Shown here: in pieces, positions 1 to 11,099 of the stretch
How positions within the stretch are numbered: position 1 is the stretch's first letter
Layout: each line of letters starts with the position of its first letter
Source: an uncultured Actinomycetes bacterium
Lineage (GTDB): Bacteria > Actinomycetota > Thermoleophilia > Gaiellales > Gaiellaceae
Length of the DNA: 64,000 nucleotides
Direction: 5' to 3'
NCBI GenBank assembly: GCA_963766395.1
Contig: CAVXZD010000006.1
Coordinates: forward strand, 39,355 to 103,354
Notes under the pieces: model-generated
Seen by the model: only the letters and a program-made list of their open reading frames with translations
The model's database searches: none
What the model was told of the DNA's origin: nothing
Made by a program: the position numbers and the translations under genes

Positions 1-350
1 GCGTCGAACCAGACGACTCCTATGCGATCGTGACCGGCGCTCAGGCCTTCGACCGCGCCGATGTGCGAGCAGCAGTCGCCGCCGAGGACGAGCGGGCGCG
101 CGGGAAGGTCGTGCGCGAGCGAGAGCGACTGCTCGCCGAGCGTCTCCTCTTCGATGACCGCGGCCTCGGGGTAGGGGAGCGGAAGCCAGGCAGCCTCGAG
201 CATCGCCTCGCCGCCCTCACCCCATGCGCCGCGCACGCGGACCATGCCCGCGCCGAACGTCCGCCCGCACGCGTGGCACTCGTACTCGGGCCCGAGCGCG
301 ACCGCGGTCTGGGTCTTGCAATCGGGGCACTTGGCGCGCAGGCGGGACAT
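1..350 (-). CDS. ureohydrolase (arginase/agmatinase) family protein, 5' part only, with N-terminal CxxC..CxxC zinc-ribbon-like extension
   Basis: Own translation of the minus strand from ATG 350-348. The frame is open to the window edge, so it is absent from the ORF track. Sequence: MSRLRAKCPDCKTQTAVALGPEYECHACGRTFGAG...RPLVLGGDCCSHIGAVEGLSAGHDRIGVVWFDA. The GGDxS-like and vvWfDA blocks are ureohydrolase hallmarks. The start overlaps the upstream stop as ATGA. Confidence 0.55.
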   Translation of the reverse strand, partial: MSRLRAKCPDCKTQTAVALGPEYECHACGRTFGAGMVRVRGAWGEGGEAMLEAAWLPLPYPEAAVIEEETLGEQSLSLAHDLPARPLVLGGDCCSHIGAVEGLSAGHDRIGVVWFD

Positions 351-1244
351 CAGAGGGGCCTTTCGTACCACATGAGCGAGCGCTCGACCTCCATCCCGGC
401 CCGCCCGTAGAGCGCGAGCGCCTCCTCGTTGCGCGCCGTCGACGCCGAGGCCGGCGTGCGTCTTCCCGCGTGCGCGGAACTCCCGGAACGCGTGCTCGAG
501 CAGCGCCTTCCCCAGCCCGCGCCGTCTCCACGGCTTGCGCACGCCGAGGATGTTGACCCAGCCCGACGTTGAAGTCGCCTGCCGCGCTGCGACCGCGCGG
601 CACAGAGCGATGCCCGCGATCTCGTCTCCGTCGCGTGCGACGAACCACAGCGCGGGATCGAACGGCTCGCGGTACGACCAGTGCATCCACTCGTCGAACG
701 GGTCTTTCTCGAAGTCGGTCTCCTCGGAGAACGCCTCCTGGTGCGCGTCGTACACGGCCTTCTCGTCTTCATCGCGGCGATAGGTGCGGACGCTGATCCC
801 GTCCGGCCAGTCCGGAGCCGACGAGCTCCCGGTCGAGCGCGATCCGCATGCGGCGCGAGTAGGAGTCGAAGACGAAGCCGCGCGACTCGAGGAGGCTCGC
901 GCCACCCCGTGTTGTGCTCGGGCGACCAGGCCTTGGCCTTCCCGCCCTCGGCGCCCTTCTCCCGCGCGCGCCGCTCGGCGAAGTCGAGCAGGACGGGAAG
1001 CGCCTCGTCGTCGCCGCGCACGTCGATCCAGAGCGATCTTTCCGTCGCCGGAGCGATCTCCGACGTCCGCGTACCCGACGACCGCGCCGTCGCCGACGGC
1101 GACCCGGGCGTCCTCTCCATGTTCATCACGGGGTTGTCGAACCAGGCCTCGATGTCCTGCGGCGGTCTCGTCGGAGAGGCCGAAGCGGATGCCGCGCCTC
1201 CGAGACGGCAGCCGCGTCCTCTCGCCGGGGGCGCGCAGCTCCAC
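350..1244 (-). CDS. two-domain GNAT N-acetyltransferase (MshD-like architecture), apparent frameshifts
   Basis: C-terminal GNAT block WVNILGVRKPWRRRGLGKALLEHAFREFRARGKTHAGLGVD then ..NEEALALYGRAGMEVERSLMWYERPL, read in two frames with a shift near 425-435. The N-terminus VELRAPGE.. starts at GTG 1244, directly after the paralog stop. At least 3 frame changes. Paralogous to 1245..2148. Confidence 0.6.
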
Positions 1245-2148
1245 TCAGAGGGCCTTCCGGTAGGAGTCCTCGCGGTGCGCGACGCGCATGCCGGCCTGCT
1301 CGTACAGGCGGACGGCGCCGGTCAGGTTCTCGCCGTCCACGTTCAGCCCGACCTGCCCGTACCCGCGGCGGCGGAACTCGTGGAAGGCATGGAGGAGCAG
1401 GGCCCGGCCCAGGCCGCGCCGGCGCCACGGCCGGCGCACGGCGAGGACGTTCACCCAGCCCGTCTCCGGCCCGCGCACGCTCGAGCACAGCGCCGTTCCG
1501 GCGATCTCGTCGCCGTCCTCGGCGACGAACCACAGCTCGGGATCGAACGACTCGCTTCCGAGGAAGTAGTCGCGCCAGTCCTCGAACGGCACGGGAAAGA
1601 AGTCCCAGTGGTCCTGGAAGGCCTCCATGTCCACGTCGTAGATCGCGCGCTCCTCGCCCGGCCGGAACGTGCGCACCGTCGATCCCCTCCGGCCACGTCG
1701 GCTGCGTCCGGCTCGCTCGCCGAGGTCGATCTCCATCGTGAAGAAGTGGCGGACGAGCTCGTAGCCACGCTCGCGCAGGACGTCCGGCCAGCACCTCGTT
1801 GTCGCTGCCGGCGGAGGTGTGCGTCCGACCGGCGAGGCCGGCGGTGAGCTCGCGGCCGCGCGCCTCGCCCCAGTCGAGCAGGCGCTCGTACATGCCGCGC
1901 TCGCGCGGGTCGGCGATCGCGTAGACGAAGACGCGCTCGGCGTCCGGCTCGGGATGCCAGAGGAAGACGCCGCCGGCGATGCGTCCGCCGGCGTCCTCGG
2001 CGACGCGCCAGTTCTCTGCGACCTGCCCCTTCGGGCTCTTCATGCGGTCGCGGATCTGGGACTCGTTCATGCCGTCGGCGACGGAGGCATTCAGGGCGGC
2101 GAGGCCGGGAAGGTCGTCGACCGTCGGCGCGCGCAGATCAGAGCTCAT
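1245..2148 (-). CDS. two-domain GNAT N-acetyltransferase (MshD-like architecture), one apparent frameshift
   Basis: N-terminal part from ORF 1126..2148 (MSSDLRAPTVDDLPGLAALN...RVFVYAIADPRERGMYERLLDWGEARG). C-terminal GNAT domain from ORF 1245..1736 (..WVNVLAVRRPWRRRGLGRALLLHAFHEFRRRG..). Frame change near 1740-1800. Confidence 0.65.
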
Positions 2149-2745
2149 CGAGCACGTCCGGCAGCGTCGAGAGATCGGGAATCTCGCGCGTGGGCTGTGG
2201 GCCGGGCTGCTCCCCGAGCCGGTTGACCCAGACGCTCTTCAGGCCGAGCTCGTTCGCCGGCCCGACGTCGTGGTAGAGGCTCGCCGCCACGTGGGCGTCC
2301 GGCAGCCGGCCGACCCGCTGCTCGAACGCGCGCCAGTGTCCGAGCGCGGGCTTGTACGAGCCGATCTCGGAGGCGACGATCGCGAACTCGAACGGGACGC
2401 CGATCCGCGCCATCGACGCCTCGATGTAGTCGCGGTCGGTGTTCGAGAGGATGACGAGCTTCCAGCCGCCGGCGCGGACGCGCTCGAGCGCTTCCCGAAC
2501 CTCCGGAAAGGGCTGCCACTCCGGGCAGCGTGTCCGCCGGATCGGGAGCGCCGATCCTGCGGGCGACCTCGCCCATCACCTGCCGGTACGGCATTCCCGG
2601 GGCTCTCCTCCTGCACCTGCGGCTCGACCTCGTGGTAGCGCTCGAGCAGCTCGTCGCTGCCGAGCGCGGCGCGGAGCCCCGCGTTCCAGTCGATCAGCGT
2701 GCCGTAGCAGTCGAAGGTGCCGCGTAGCGGTCGGCCCTGGCTCAC
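2138..2745 (-). CDS. HAD-superfamily hydrolase (haloacid dehalogenase type II-like), apparent frameshifts
   Basis: N-terminus VSQGRPLRGTFDCYGTLIDWNAG (HAD motif I DxYGTLxD) from GTG 2745. The C-terminus is ORF 2138..2413 (..SYKPALGHWRAF..LYHDVGPANELGLKSVWVNR). The two parts join only by changing frame between about 2420 and 2600. Confidence 0.6.
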
Positions 2746-2888
2746 AATCGCGCGTTGGGGGAAGCCGGGCTTTCCCGGCGAGCCATACGCGCGCCAGCTG
2801 CGACCGCACGCTGGGCTCGTCGCCAATGACTCCGCCCACTCGCAGGAGGCCACGGGAACCAGGATTCCGTGGTTCTCGGTCCACTTAC

Positions 2889-4125
2889 CTACGACGATGG
2901 ACGCATTGTGCCCGCCGAACCCGAAGGAGTTCGACATCCCGAAGCGCAGGTCTCGACCTCGCGCGACTCGTTCGGGATGTAGTCGAGATCGCACTCGGGG
3001 TCGGGCTCCTCGTAGTTGATCGTCGGCGGGACGATTCCGCGCTGGACGGCGAGCGTGGTGAAGATCGCCTCCACCGCACCGGACGCGCCGAGCGTGTGGC
3101 CGGTCGCACCCTTGGTCGACGAAACCGGGATCGAGCGTGCGTTCTCCTCGCCGACCGCGAGCTTGATCACGCGCGTCTCGCTCGCATCGCCGAGAGGTGT
3201 CGACGTGCCGTGCGCGTTGATGTAGCCGATCTCCTCGGGCGTCACGCCGGCGTCCTTCATCGCCATCTGCATCGCGCGCGCCGGGTTGTGGCCCGTCGGG
3301 TCGGGCTCGGTGATGTGCGCCGCGTCCGAGGAGATGCCGTAGCCGAGCAGCTCCGCGTAGATCTTGGCGCCGCGCGCCTGGGCGTGCTCCAGCGACTCGA
3401 GCACGAGGATCGCACCCGCCTCGCCCATGACGAAGCCGTCACGGCCGGCATCGAACGGGCGGCTCGCCTTCTCCGGATCGCTGTTCCGCCGCGAGAGAGC
3501 CCTCATCGCGCCGAAGCCGGCGATGCCGATCGCGGTCACCGGAGCCTCGGTCCCGCCGCACAACATCACGTCGGCGCGGCCCAGACGGATCGCGTCCATC
3601 CCCTCCCCGATCGACATGTTCGACGCGGCACAGGCGGTGCACTGGGACATCAGCGGCCCCTTCGTCCCGAGCTCCATCGAGACCCAGGCGGCGCCCATGT
3701 TCGGGATGATCGCCGGGATCGAGAACGGGTTGACGCGGTCGGGCCCGCGCTCGATCAGCGTGTCGTAGCAGTCCTGGTAGGCCTGGAGCCCGCCGATCCC
3801 CGTCGCGACCGCGGTGCCAACCCGGTCTTGCTCACTTGGCGATGTCGAGGCCCGCGTCGGTCTCGGCCTGGCGCGCGGCGGCGACGACCAACTGAGAGAA
3901 GCGGTCCATGCGCCGCGCGGTCTTGCGATCCATCCACTGCGTCGGGTCGAACTCCTTCGCCTCGCACGCAAAGTGGACGGGGTAGTTGGAGGTGTCGAAG
4001 AGCGTGATCGGACCGGCGCCGGACTTGCCGGCGATCAGCGTCTCCCACGACGCCTCGGCGTTGCCCCCGAGCGGTGTGACCGCCCCGACGCCCGTAATGA
4101 CGATTCGCGCTCGACCGTTTTGCAT
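2889..4125 (-). CDS. fabF: beta-ketoacyl-ACP synthase II
   Basis: Start MQNGRARIVITGVGAVTPLG at ATG 4125. The core is in ORF 2889..3971 (..QCTACAASNMSIGEG.., ..NAHGTSTPLGD..). The C-terminal SNSFGFGGHNASIVV lies in a third frame. Frame changes fall within 3832-3971 and near 2950 and 2895. The stop is at 2889-2891. Confidence 0.85.
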
Positions 4126-4127
4126 CC

Positions 4128-4850
4128 CTACATCCCCAGTCCGCCGTCGACGAGCAGAACCTCGCCCGTGATGAACGAGGCCTCGTCCGAACAGAGAAAG
4201 CGTACCGCCGCCGCCACGTCCTCCGGCTCGCCGAGCCGGGCGAGCGGCGTGTTCTGCAGCATCGTCTTCCTTCGCCTCCTCGGGAATGACTTCCGTCAGC
4301 CGCGTCTTGACGTAGCCGGGCGCGACCACGTTGGCGCGCACGTTGCGGCTGCCGAGCTCGCGCGCGAGCGACTTCGTGAACCCGATGATCCCGGCCTTGG
4401 ACGCGCCGTAGTTCGTCTGGCCCCAGTTGCCGTGCACGCCGACGATGCTGGAGAGGTTGACGATCGATCCCGAGCGGCGGCGCATCATCCCGCGCGCGAC
4501 CGCGCGGCAGGTGTAGAAGACGCTGCTCAGGTTCGTCTCGATCACAGCGCGCCAGTCGTCGTCGAGCATGCGCGCGAGGACGCCGTCGCGGGTGATGCCG
4601 GCGCAGTTGACGAGGATGTCGAGGTCGCCGGCCTCCTCGACGAGCCGCTTTGCGTCCTCCGCCTGCGAAACGTCGGCCTGGACGGCTCGCCCGCCCGTCT
4701 CCTGCGCGACCGCTTCCGCCTCCTCGCGTGCGGAGCCGTAGCCGATCACGACGGAAGCGCCCGCGCCGGCGAGCTCGACGGCGACCGCCCGGCCGATTCC
4801 CCGCGACCCGCCCGTGACCAGGGCCAGCTTCCCGTCCAGGGAGCAGAACT
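4128..4850 (-). CDS. fabG: 3-oxoacyl-ACP reductase (SDR)
   Basis: [67 protein letters not shown]..(shift near 4270)..[14 protein letters not shown] then TAG 4130-4128. No canonical start codon was found, so the 5' end is approximate. Only 2 nt separate its stop from the fabF ATG. Confidence 0.8.
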
Positions 4851-4852
4851 GC

Positions 4853-5780
4853 TCAGGCAGGGGGAAGGTGCTCCTCGAGCTTCTTCAGCGCCGACACGCT
4901 GTTGACCGAGATCGCCTTCACGTTCTCGTCGATCCGCTTGACCAGGCCCGAGAGGACGTTGCCGGGGCCGACCTCGACGAACGTCTTCACGCCCTCGCGC
5001 ACGAGCTCGCTCGCGGCCTGCGTGAACTTGACCGGGCCGGTCAGCTGGTCGACCAGCAGGTTCCCCATCCGCTGTGCCGGCTCCAGCCTCGCGCTGACGG
5101 TGGACATGAACGGCGCGACCGGTTCCCCGAACTTGACCTTGTCGATCGCCGGCCTCAGCCGCTCGGCGGCCTTCGCGACGAGCGGGCTGTGGAACGCGCC
5201 CGTGACGGCGAGCTTGACCGTCCGCCGCGCGCCCTCGAGCTCCGCCTTCCAGCGGCATTCGTCCACCGCCGGGGTCTCTCCCGACACGACGAGCTGTCCC
5301 GGGCAGTTGTAGTTCGCCGGCCAGACCGAGCCGATCCGCTCGGCAGAGCTCCTCGACCACCTCGTCCTCGAGACCGAGGATCGCGGCCATCGAGCCCGGG
5401 GTCTCGCGCGCGGCCTCAGCCGTGGCCAGCCCGCGCTCGCGCACGAGCGCGATCGCCTCTGGAATGGACATCGCGCGCGCCGCCGCCAGCGCGGAGTACT
5501 CGCCGACCGAGTGCCCGACGACGTAGTCCGGCTCGATTCCGCGCTCGCGAAGCGCGGCGAGGATGGCGAGGCTCGTGGCGACGAGGGCGGGCTGCTGCAG
5601 CTCGGTCGCGACCAGCTCCTCGAGGGGAGCGTCGAAGCAGAGCCGGAGCAGGTCGAGCCCAGCCGCCTCGCTGCCTTCCTCGAAGACACGCATCGCGGCC
5701 GGTTCGTGCTGTGCGATCTCCCGGCCCATGCCGGGCTCGAGCGACCCCTGGCCAGGGAAACAAAATGCGACCTTGCTCAT
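4853..5780 (-). CDS. fabD: malonyl-CoA:ACP transacylase
   Basis: [19 protein letters not shown]...VVGHSVGEYSALAAA.. (ORF 4746..5792), then ..PANYNCPGQLVVSG..VTGAFHSPLV.. (ORF 4853..5689). One frame change near 5330-5345. The start overlaps the fabH stop as ATGA. Confidence 0.85.
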
Positions 5781-6785
5781 TTGCTGCTCCATTCCATCAA
5801 AGCCGAGCCCCAGGTGAGGCCGGCGCCCATGCCGGTCATCAGCACGAGATCGCCGTCGTGGAGCCGTCCTTCCGCCTGCGCCTCGGCGAGCGCGAGCGGA
5901 ATCGAGCCCGATGACGTGTTGCCGTACCGGTCGACATTGACAACCACTCTATCCACGGGAATCCCGAGCTTTCCAACGGCATGGTCGATGATGCGGACAT
6001 TCGCCTGATGCGGGATGTAGACGTCGACCTCGTCGATCGTCCGGCCCGTCTTGGCGAGGATTGCCTCGGCGGACGAAACCAAAACCCGCGTCGCGAACTT
6101 GAACACCTCGCGCCCGTTCATGTGCGCGAAGTGCTTGCGCTCGGCGACGGTCTCGGCGCTCGCGGGTAGGCGCGAGCCGCCGGCCGGCATGTAGAGCTGC
6201 GGGCCCGCCCGAGCCGTCGGCGCCCAGCTCGAAGCCGAGGAAGCCCCCGTTCTCGACCCGCTCGAGCACGACCGCGCCGGCGCCGTCGCCGAAAAGGACG
6301 CAGGTGGCGCGATCCGTCCAGTCCAGGATCCTGGAGAGGACGTCGCCGCCGACGACGAGCGCGCGTTCGGCCAGGCCGCCGGCCATCATCCCGTAGGCCT
6401 GGGCGAGGGCGTACATGAACCCGGTGCAGCCGGCGGAGAGGTCGTACGCGCCCGCATCCGGCATCCCGAGGTCGTCCGCGAGGATCGCGCCCGTCGAGGG
6501 AAACGCCATGTCGGGAGTCACGGTCGCGACGACGAGCAGGTCGATCGAGGACGCCGCGGCGCCGGCCTGCGCGAGCGCCTGCTCGATCGCGGGACGGCAG
6601 AGATCGGAGAGGGCTTGCTCGGGCGCCGCGATCCGTCGCTCCCGGATGCCCGTGCGCTCGATGATCCACTCGTCGCTCGTGTCGACCATGGCCGAGAGCT
6701 CGTCGTTCGTCATCACACGGTCCGGCACGTACGAGCCGATGCCGGTGATCGCCGCGCGGAACCCCTCTGGGGCTGTTCCGATCAC
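5777..6785 (-). CDS. fabH: beta-ketoacyl-ACP synthase III
   Basis: [43 protein letters not shown].. (ORF 5949..6890 frame), then ..[25 protein letters not shown].. (ORF 5777..6190). Frame change near 6195-6215. GTG 6785 overlaps the fabZ stop (GTGA). Confidence 0.85.
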
Positions 6786-7216
6786 CGCTCGACCGCGAAG
6801 GTCAGCGTCGCCCGCGCGGCCAGCTCGCCGCCGACGCGCGCCTCGGCCTTGCCGCGCCCGATCGGGCCGCGGACGCGATCGAGCTCGCACACGAGCTCAA
6901 GCTCGTCTCCGGGCTCGACGATGCGCTTGAAGCGGCAGTCGTCGATACCGGCGAAGTACGCGATCTTGCCGCGGTTCTCCTCCTGCGCGAGCACGGCGAC
7001 GGCGCCGGTCTGGGCCATCGCCTCGACGATCAGGACGCCGGGCATGACCGGCCGGCCGGGAAAATGGCCCTTGAAGTACCACTCGTCCTCGCGGACGCGG
7101 CGGCGCGCGACCACCCGCTTTCCCGCTTCGAACTCGAGTACTTCGTCGAGGAGAAGGAAAGGCTCGCGGTGCGGCAGGATCGACTCGATCTCCTCGCGTC
7201 CGAACGGGGCCTGCAT
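6782..7216 (-). CDS. fabZ: 3-hydroxyacyl-ACP dehydratase
   Basis: From ATG 7216 inside ORF 6782..7390: [29 protein letters not shown]...[25 protein letters not shown]. The hot-dog dehydratase signature is present and the reading frame is intact. Confidence 0.85.
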   Translation of the reverse strand: MQAPFGREEIESILPHREPFLLLDEVLEFEAGKRVVARRRVREDEWYFKGHFPGRPVMPGVLIVEAMAQTGAVAVLAQEENRGKIAYFAGIDDCRFKRIVEPGDELELVCELDRVRGPIGRGKAEARVGGELAARATLTFAVER

Positions 7217-7268
7217 GCAGGCGAGTCTAAGGACTCGGCAGCGACCCTCGCCGTGCCACAATTGCGCT

Positions 7269-8588
7269 ATGCGCCGTGCTCGTCTGCTGCTCAGCTTGCT
7301 CGCGGCGGCGGGTTTCCTGATCTTCGTCACGTCGGTCGCCGCGCAGGCCGAGCCGAAGGTGCTGGCGGTGCACTTCTCGCTCGACATCAACCCGGTCTCG
7401 CAGGACTACGTCAACCACCAGATCGACAAGGCCAACAGACGGCGGCTACAGCGCCGTCGTGATCCTGCTCGACACCCCAGGCGGCCTCTCGACCTCGATG
7501 GAGAAGATCTACGAGAAGATCCTCGTCTCGCGCGTGCCGGTGATCGTCTACGTCTCGCCGCAGGGAGCGGGAGCGGCGTCCGCGGGCGTGTTCGTGGCGG
7601 AGGCGGCCGACGTGCTCGCGATGGCGCCGGCGACCAACATCGGCTCCTCGACGCCGATCAACCAGAGCGGCGGCAACCTCTCGCAGCGACCTGCGCCGGA
7701 AGGTGATCAACCACTTCGCCGCCAAGTTGCGAACGCTCGCGGAGACGAACGGCCGCAACGGAGCCTGGGGAGCTCGCGCGGTTCGCCGGGCGTCCAACCT
7801 CACCGTCGACCAGGCGCTCAAGATCCACGTGATCGACTTCAAGGCACCCGATCTTCCCGCGCTCCTGGACAAGATCGACGGGTTCAAGACCTACCGCCGG
7901 CACATCACGCTGCACACCGCGAACGCGCAGGTCGTCGATGCGCACCCGAGCTTCTTCTCGCAGGTTCCTGAACGTCCTGATCGACCCGAACATCATCACG
8001 CTGCTCTTCCTGGCCGGCCTGGCCGGGATCGGCTTCGAGATCTTCCATCCGGGCGTCGTCTTACCGGGCGTCCTCGGCGCCGTCGCGCTCGTGACGGCGC
8101 TGTTCGGCTTCTCGATCCTCCCGATCAGCTGGGCCGGGCTGGCGCTCCTCCTGCTCGGGGTCGCGATGCTCGTCACGGACGCATTCGTCACGAGCCACGG
8201 CGCGATCACGGTGGCGGGGTTAATCAGCCTGGTCGTGGGCGCGATCATGCTCTTCCGAAACGCGCCCTCTCCCTACCACGTCAGCCGCCGCTGATCATCT
8301 CGATCGCCGTGGTCCTCGGCCTGCTCTGGGGGTTTGCCCTCACCAAGGCGGTGCAGATCCGGCGGAAACCCGTGAGCGTCGGGCCGCAGACGATCGTCGG
8401 CCAGATCGGCGAGGTGCGCGGCGACGGACAGGTCTTCGTGAACGGGGAGCTCTGGCGCGCGCGGCCGGCACGGCGAGGTGCCGCTTCGCCGCGGCACCAA
8501 GGTGCGCGTCGACGGCGTGGATTCGAGTCTGGTGCTCGACGTCAGCCCTGCCGCGGACGAACCCATAGGATCGCCCCAACCCGTCTGA
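7269..8588 (+). CDS. NfeD-family membrane-bound ClpP-class serine protease, apparent frameshifts
   Basis: Signal-like [20 protein letters not shown].. from ATG 7269. Further blocks are ..[28 protein letters not shown].., TM segments [22 protein letters not shown].., and a C-terminal OB-like tail ..[24 protein letters not shown]. These are read across at least 4 frames (ORFs 6615..7706, 7459..7971, 7703..8602, 7938..8294). Confidence 0.75.
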
Positions 8589-8598
8589 AAGGAATCGC

Positions 8599-9369
8599 AT
8601 GACCATCGCAATCGCCGCCGTCGTCGCCATCGCGATCCTCCTCATCCTCTTCCTGTTCGCAGCGATCAAGGTGGCGCGCGAGTACGAGCGAGGGATCATC
8701 TTCCGACTCGGCCGGCTGCTTCCCGAGCCGAAGGGACCGGGACTCTTCCTGCTCATCCCGATCGTCGACCGCATGGTCAAGGTCGACCTGCGGACGATCA
8801 CGCTGAACATCCCGCCGCAGGAAGTGATCACCAAGGACAACGTCCCGGTGCGCGTGAACGCGGTCGCCTACTTCCGCATCGTCGAGCCGAAGAACGCGAT
8901 CGTCCAGGTCGAGAACTTCATGGTCGCCACCTCGCAGATCGCGCAGACGACGCTGCGGGCGGTCCTGGGCCAGCACGTGCTGGACGAGCTCCTGTCCGAG
9001 CGCGAGAAGATCAACTCGATCCTGCAGGAGATCATCGACGGGCAGACGGCGCCCTGGGGGATCAAGATCTCGATCGTCGAGGTCAAGGACGTCGAGATCC
9101 CGACTGGCATGCAGCGCGCGATGGCGCGGCAGGCGGAGGCCGAGCGCGAGCGGCGCGCGAAGGTGATCAACGCCGAGGGCGAGTTCCAGGCGTCCGAGCG
9201 GCTGAAGGACGCGGCGCTCGTGATCGAGGAGCACCCGATCGCGCTGCAGCTGCGGTACCTGCAGACGCTGCTCGAGATCGGCGCCTCGAACGCGACCACG
9301 ATCGTCTTCCCCGCGCCGATCGAGCTGATCAAGCCGTTCCTGCAAGGCGCCGGTAGCGACGGGAAGTGA
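8599..9369 (+). CDS. SPFH/Band-7 (stomatin-like) membrane protein
   Basis: Intact ORF with an N-terminal TM helix and SPFH core (..[42 protein letters not shown]..). It lies immediately downstream of nfeD, the classical NfeD-stomatin pairing. Confidence 0.9.
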   Translation: MTIAIAAVVAIAILLILFLFAAIKVAREYERGIIFRLGRLLPEPKGPGLFLLIPIVDRMVKVDLRTITLNIPPQEVITKDNVPVRVNAVAYFRIVEPKNAIVQVENFMVATSQIAQTTLRAVLGQHVLDELLSEREKINSILQEIIDGQTAPWGIKISIVEVKDVEIPTGMQRAMARQAEAERERRAKVINAEGEFQASERLKDAALVIEEHPIALQLRYLQTLLEIGASNATTIVFPAPIELIKPFLQGAGSDGK

Positions 9370-10159
9370 CGCTCAGGCGAGACCCGGTCTCGGGCCGCCT
9401 CGTCGCCATCGCTCCCGGACGGGCCAGGAGGCCCGGCGCCGGCCACGCGCTGATCGAGCCGCCGACGCAGGAGGAGCTCGACCAGTGCCCGTTCTGCCGC
9501 GGCCGCGAGGATCGCACTCCGCCGGAGACGCTGCGCCTGCCGGAGGGCGCGGACGACTGGGTCGTCCGCGTCGTGCCGAATCTCTACCCGGCGGTCGAGC
9601 GGCAGGAGGTGGTCGTCCACTCGGCGGAGCACAAGCGCCTCTTCGCCGACCTGACCGACGAGGAGCTCGGGCTACGTCGCTCAGGTCGTAGAGGAGCTCC
9701 GAGGGCTTCTGGCTCGTGAACGAGGGCCGCCTGGCGGGCTCGAGCCTCCCCCACGCGCATTCGCAGCTCGTCTACTCCGACGATCCGCTGCCCGCCGTCG
9801 CGGCTGAGTCCCCCGCCGGCGTGCTCGACGTCCTGGCCCACGACGAGCTCGTCGTCGCCGAGCGAGACGGCCTCCGCGCGGTCGTCCATCCCGCCGGGCG
9901 GCTGCCCTACGAGCTCCTGATCGCGGCCGGTGAGATCGGGCCTGCGCTCCTGCTCCTCCGTGAGTGCGTCGCGCGACTGCAGAAGGTGGAAGGCCGGGTC
10001 CCCTGGAACGCCTGGCTGCACCGCGGCGAGCATCCGCACATCGAGGTCGTGCCGCGGATCACGGTCCTGGCGGGCCTCGAGCTCGGCGCGGGGATCTACG
10101 TCAACTCGCTCGACCCGGCCGAGGCGGCGGAGAGGCTGCGGAACGCGGCGCCGCGCTAG
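9366..10159 (+). CDS. GalT-like HIT-family nucleotidyltransferase (galactose-1-phosphate uridylyltransferase family), one apparent frameshift
   Basis: ORF 9366..9719 (..[27 protein letters not shown]..) plus ORF 9716..10159 (..[12 protein letters not shown].., an HxHxQ motif). Frame change near 9670-9715. The GTG start overlaps the SPFH stop (GTGA). Confidence 0.7.
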
Positions 10160-11099
10160 CTGGCCGGGTCCGAGCGGGGCGGCTCTTCGGGCTCGTCGAT
10201 CCAGGCTGCGCCAGGCTTCCGGATCGAGCAGGAGCCGGAACGACCACGCGAGCTCCTCCGGATCGTCCTCCCAGTCCATGTTGGCCGCGCGCAGGGCGAC
10301 TCGGCAGATCTGGCCGATGCGGCGCGCCGGCTCGACCATGGCGTCGATCTCCGCGCGCGGCGCGAAGCGCGTGAACGGCTCGAGATAGGCGTCGCGGATT
10401 CGCCCGATCTCGGCCGCCCCCGGCGGCAACCGGTGGCGGATCTCGATGACCCGCTGGGTCACGGTCAGCGTCATGAAGGGATGCGACACGCACGCATCGC
10501 CCCAGTCGAGGAACCGGTAGCCGGCGTCCGTGACGTGAACGCTTCCGTCGGTGAAATCGTCGTTGTTGATCGTGTCCGGAACGGGGCCGGCCGCCAGCTC
10601 CGCGCACACCCGATCGACCTCGGGCTCGAGCGCGAGCAGCTGCTCGTATTCCGTCCTCGGTCTGGCCGGCCGCGCGCTCGGCGATCAGCTCGCGGTACTG
10701 CGCCGGTAGAACCGCAGAACGGCGGTCGAAGGCGCCGGCCTGCAGCAACGCGTCCGCGTCCCCGGCCGCCTCGATCTGGAGCTCGGCGTACAACGGCAGC
10801 AAGCGCTCCCAGTCCTGCACATCGGGGTCGCGCGCCGAGAGCTGCGGCCCGGCGTCGCGCATCAGCATCCGCCCGTCCTCGTCCGAGAACACGATCTCGG
10901 TCACGAGCTCCGGGCGGCGCCGCGCGAGGATCTCGATCAGCCGCGCCTCATGCGCAAGGGACGGAGTCGGCTCCTTGAAGTAGAGCGTCCCGTCCGCCGT
11001 CGGCACGCGCAGAACGGTCGCCCACGGCCGCACCCGCTCCTCCTCGATCGGCCCGGTGACGTCCACCCGCGACCGGATCCAGTCTTCCGCGGTGATCAT
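10156..11099 (-). CDS. phosphotransferase (APH/choline-kinase fold) family protein, paralog 1, apparent frameshifts
   Basis: [44 protein letters not shown].. (ORF 10101..11117), then ..[31 protein letters not shown].. (ORF 9584..10609). Shift near 10610-10680. The 3' end is uncertain; the nearest usable stop is at 10156-10158 in a third frame. Confidence 0.6.
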
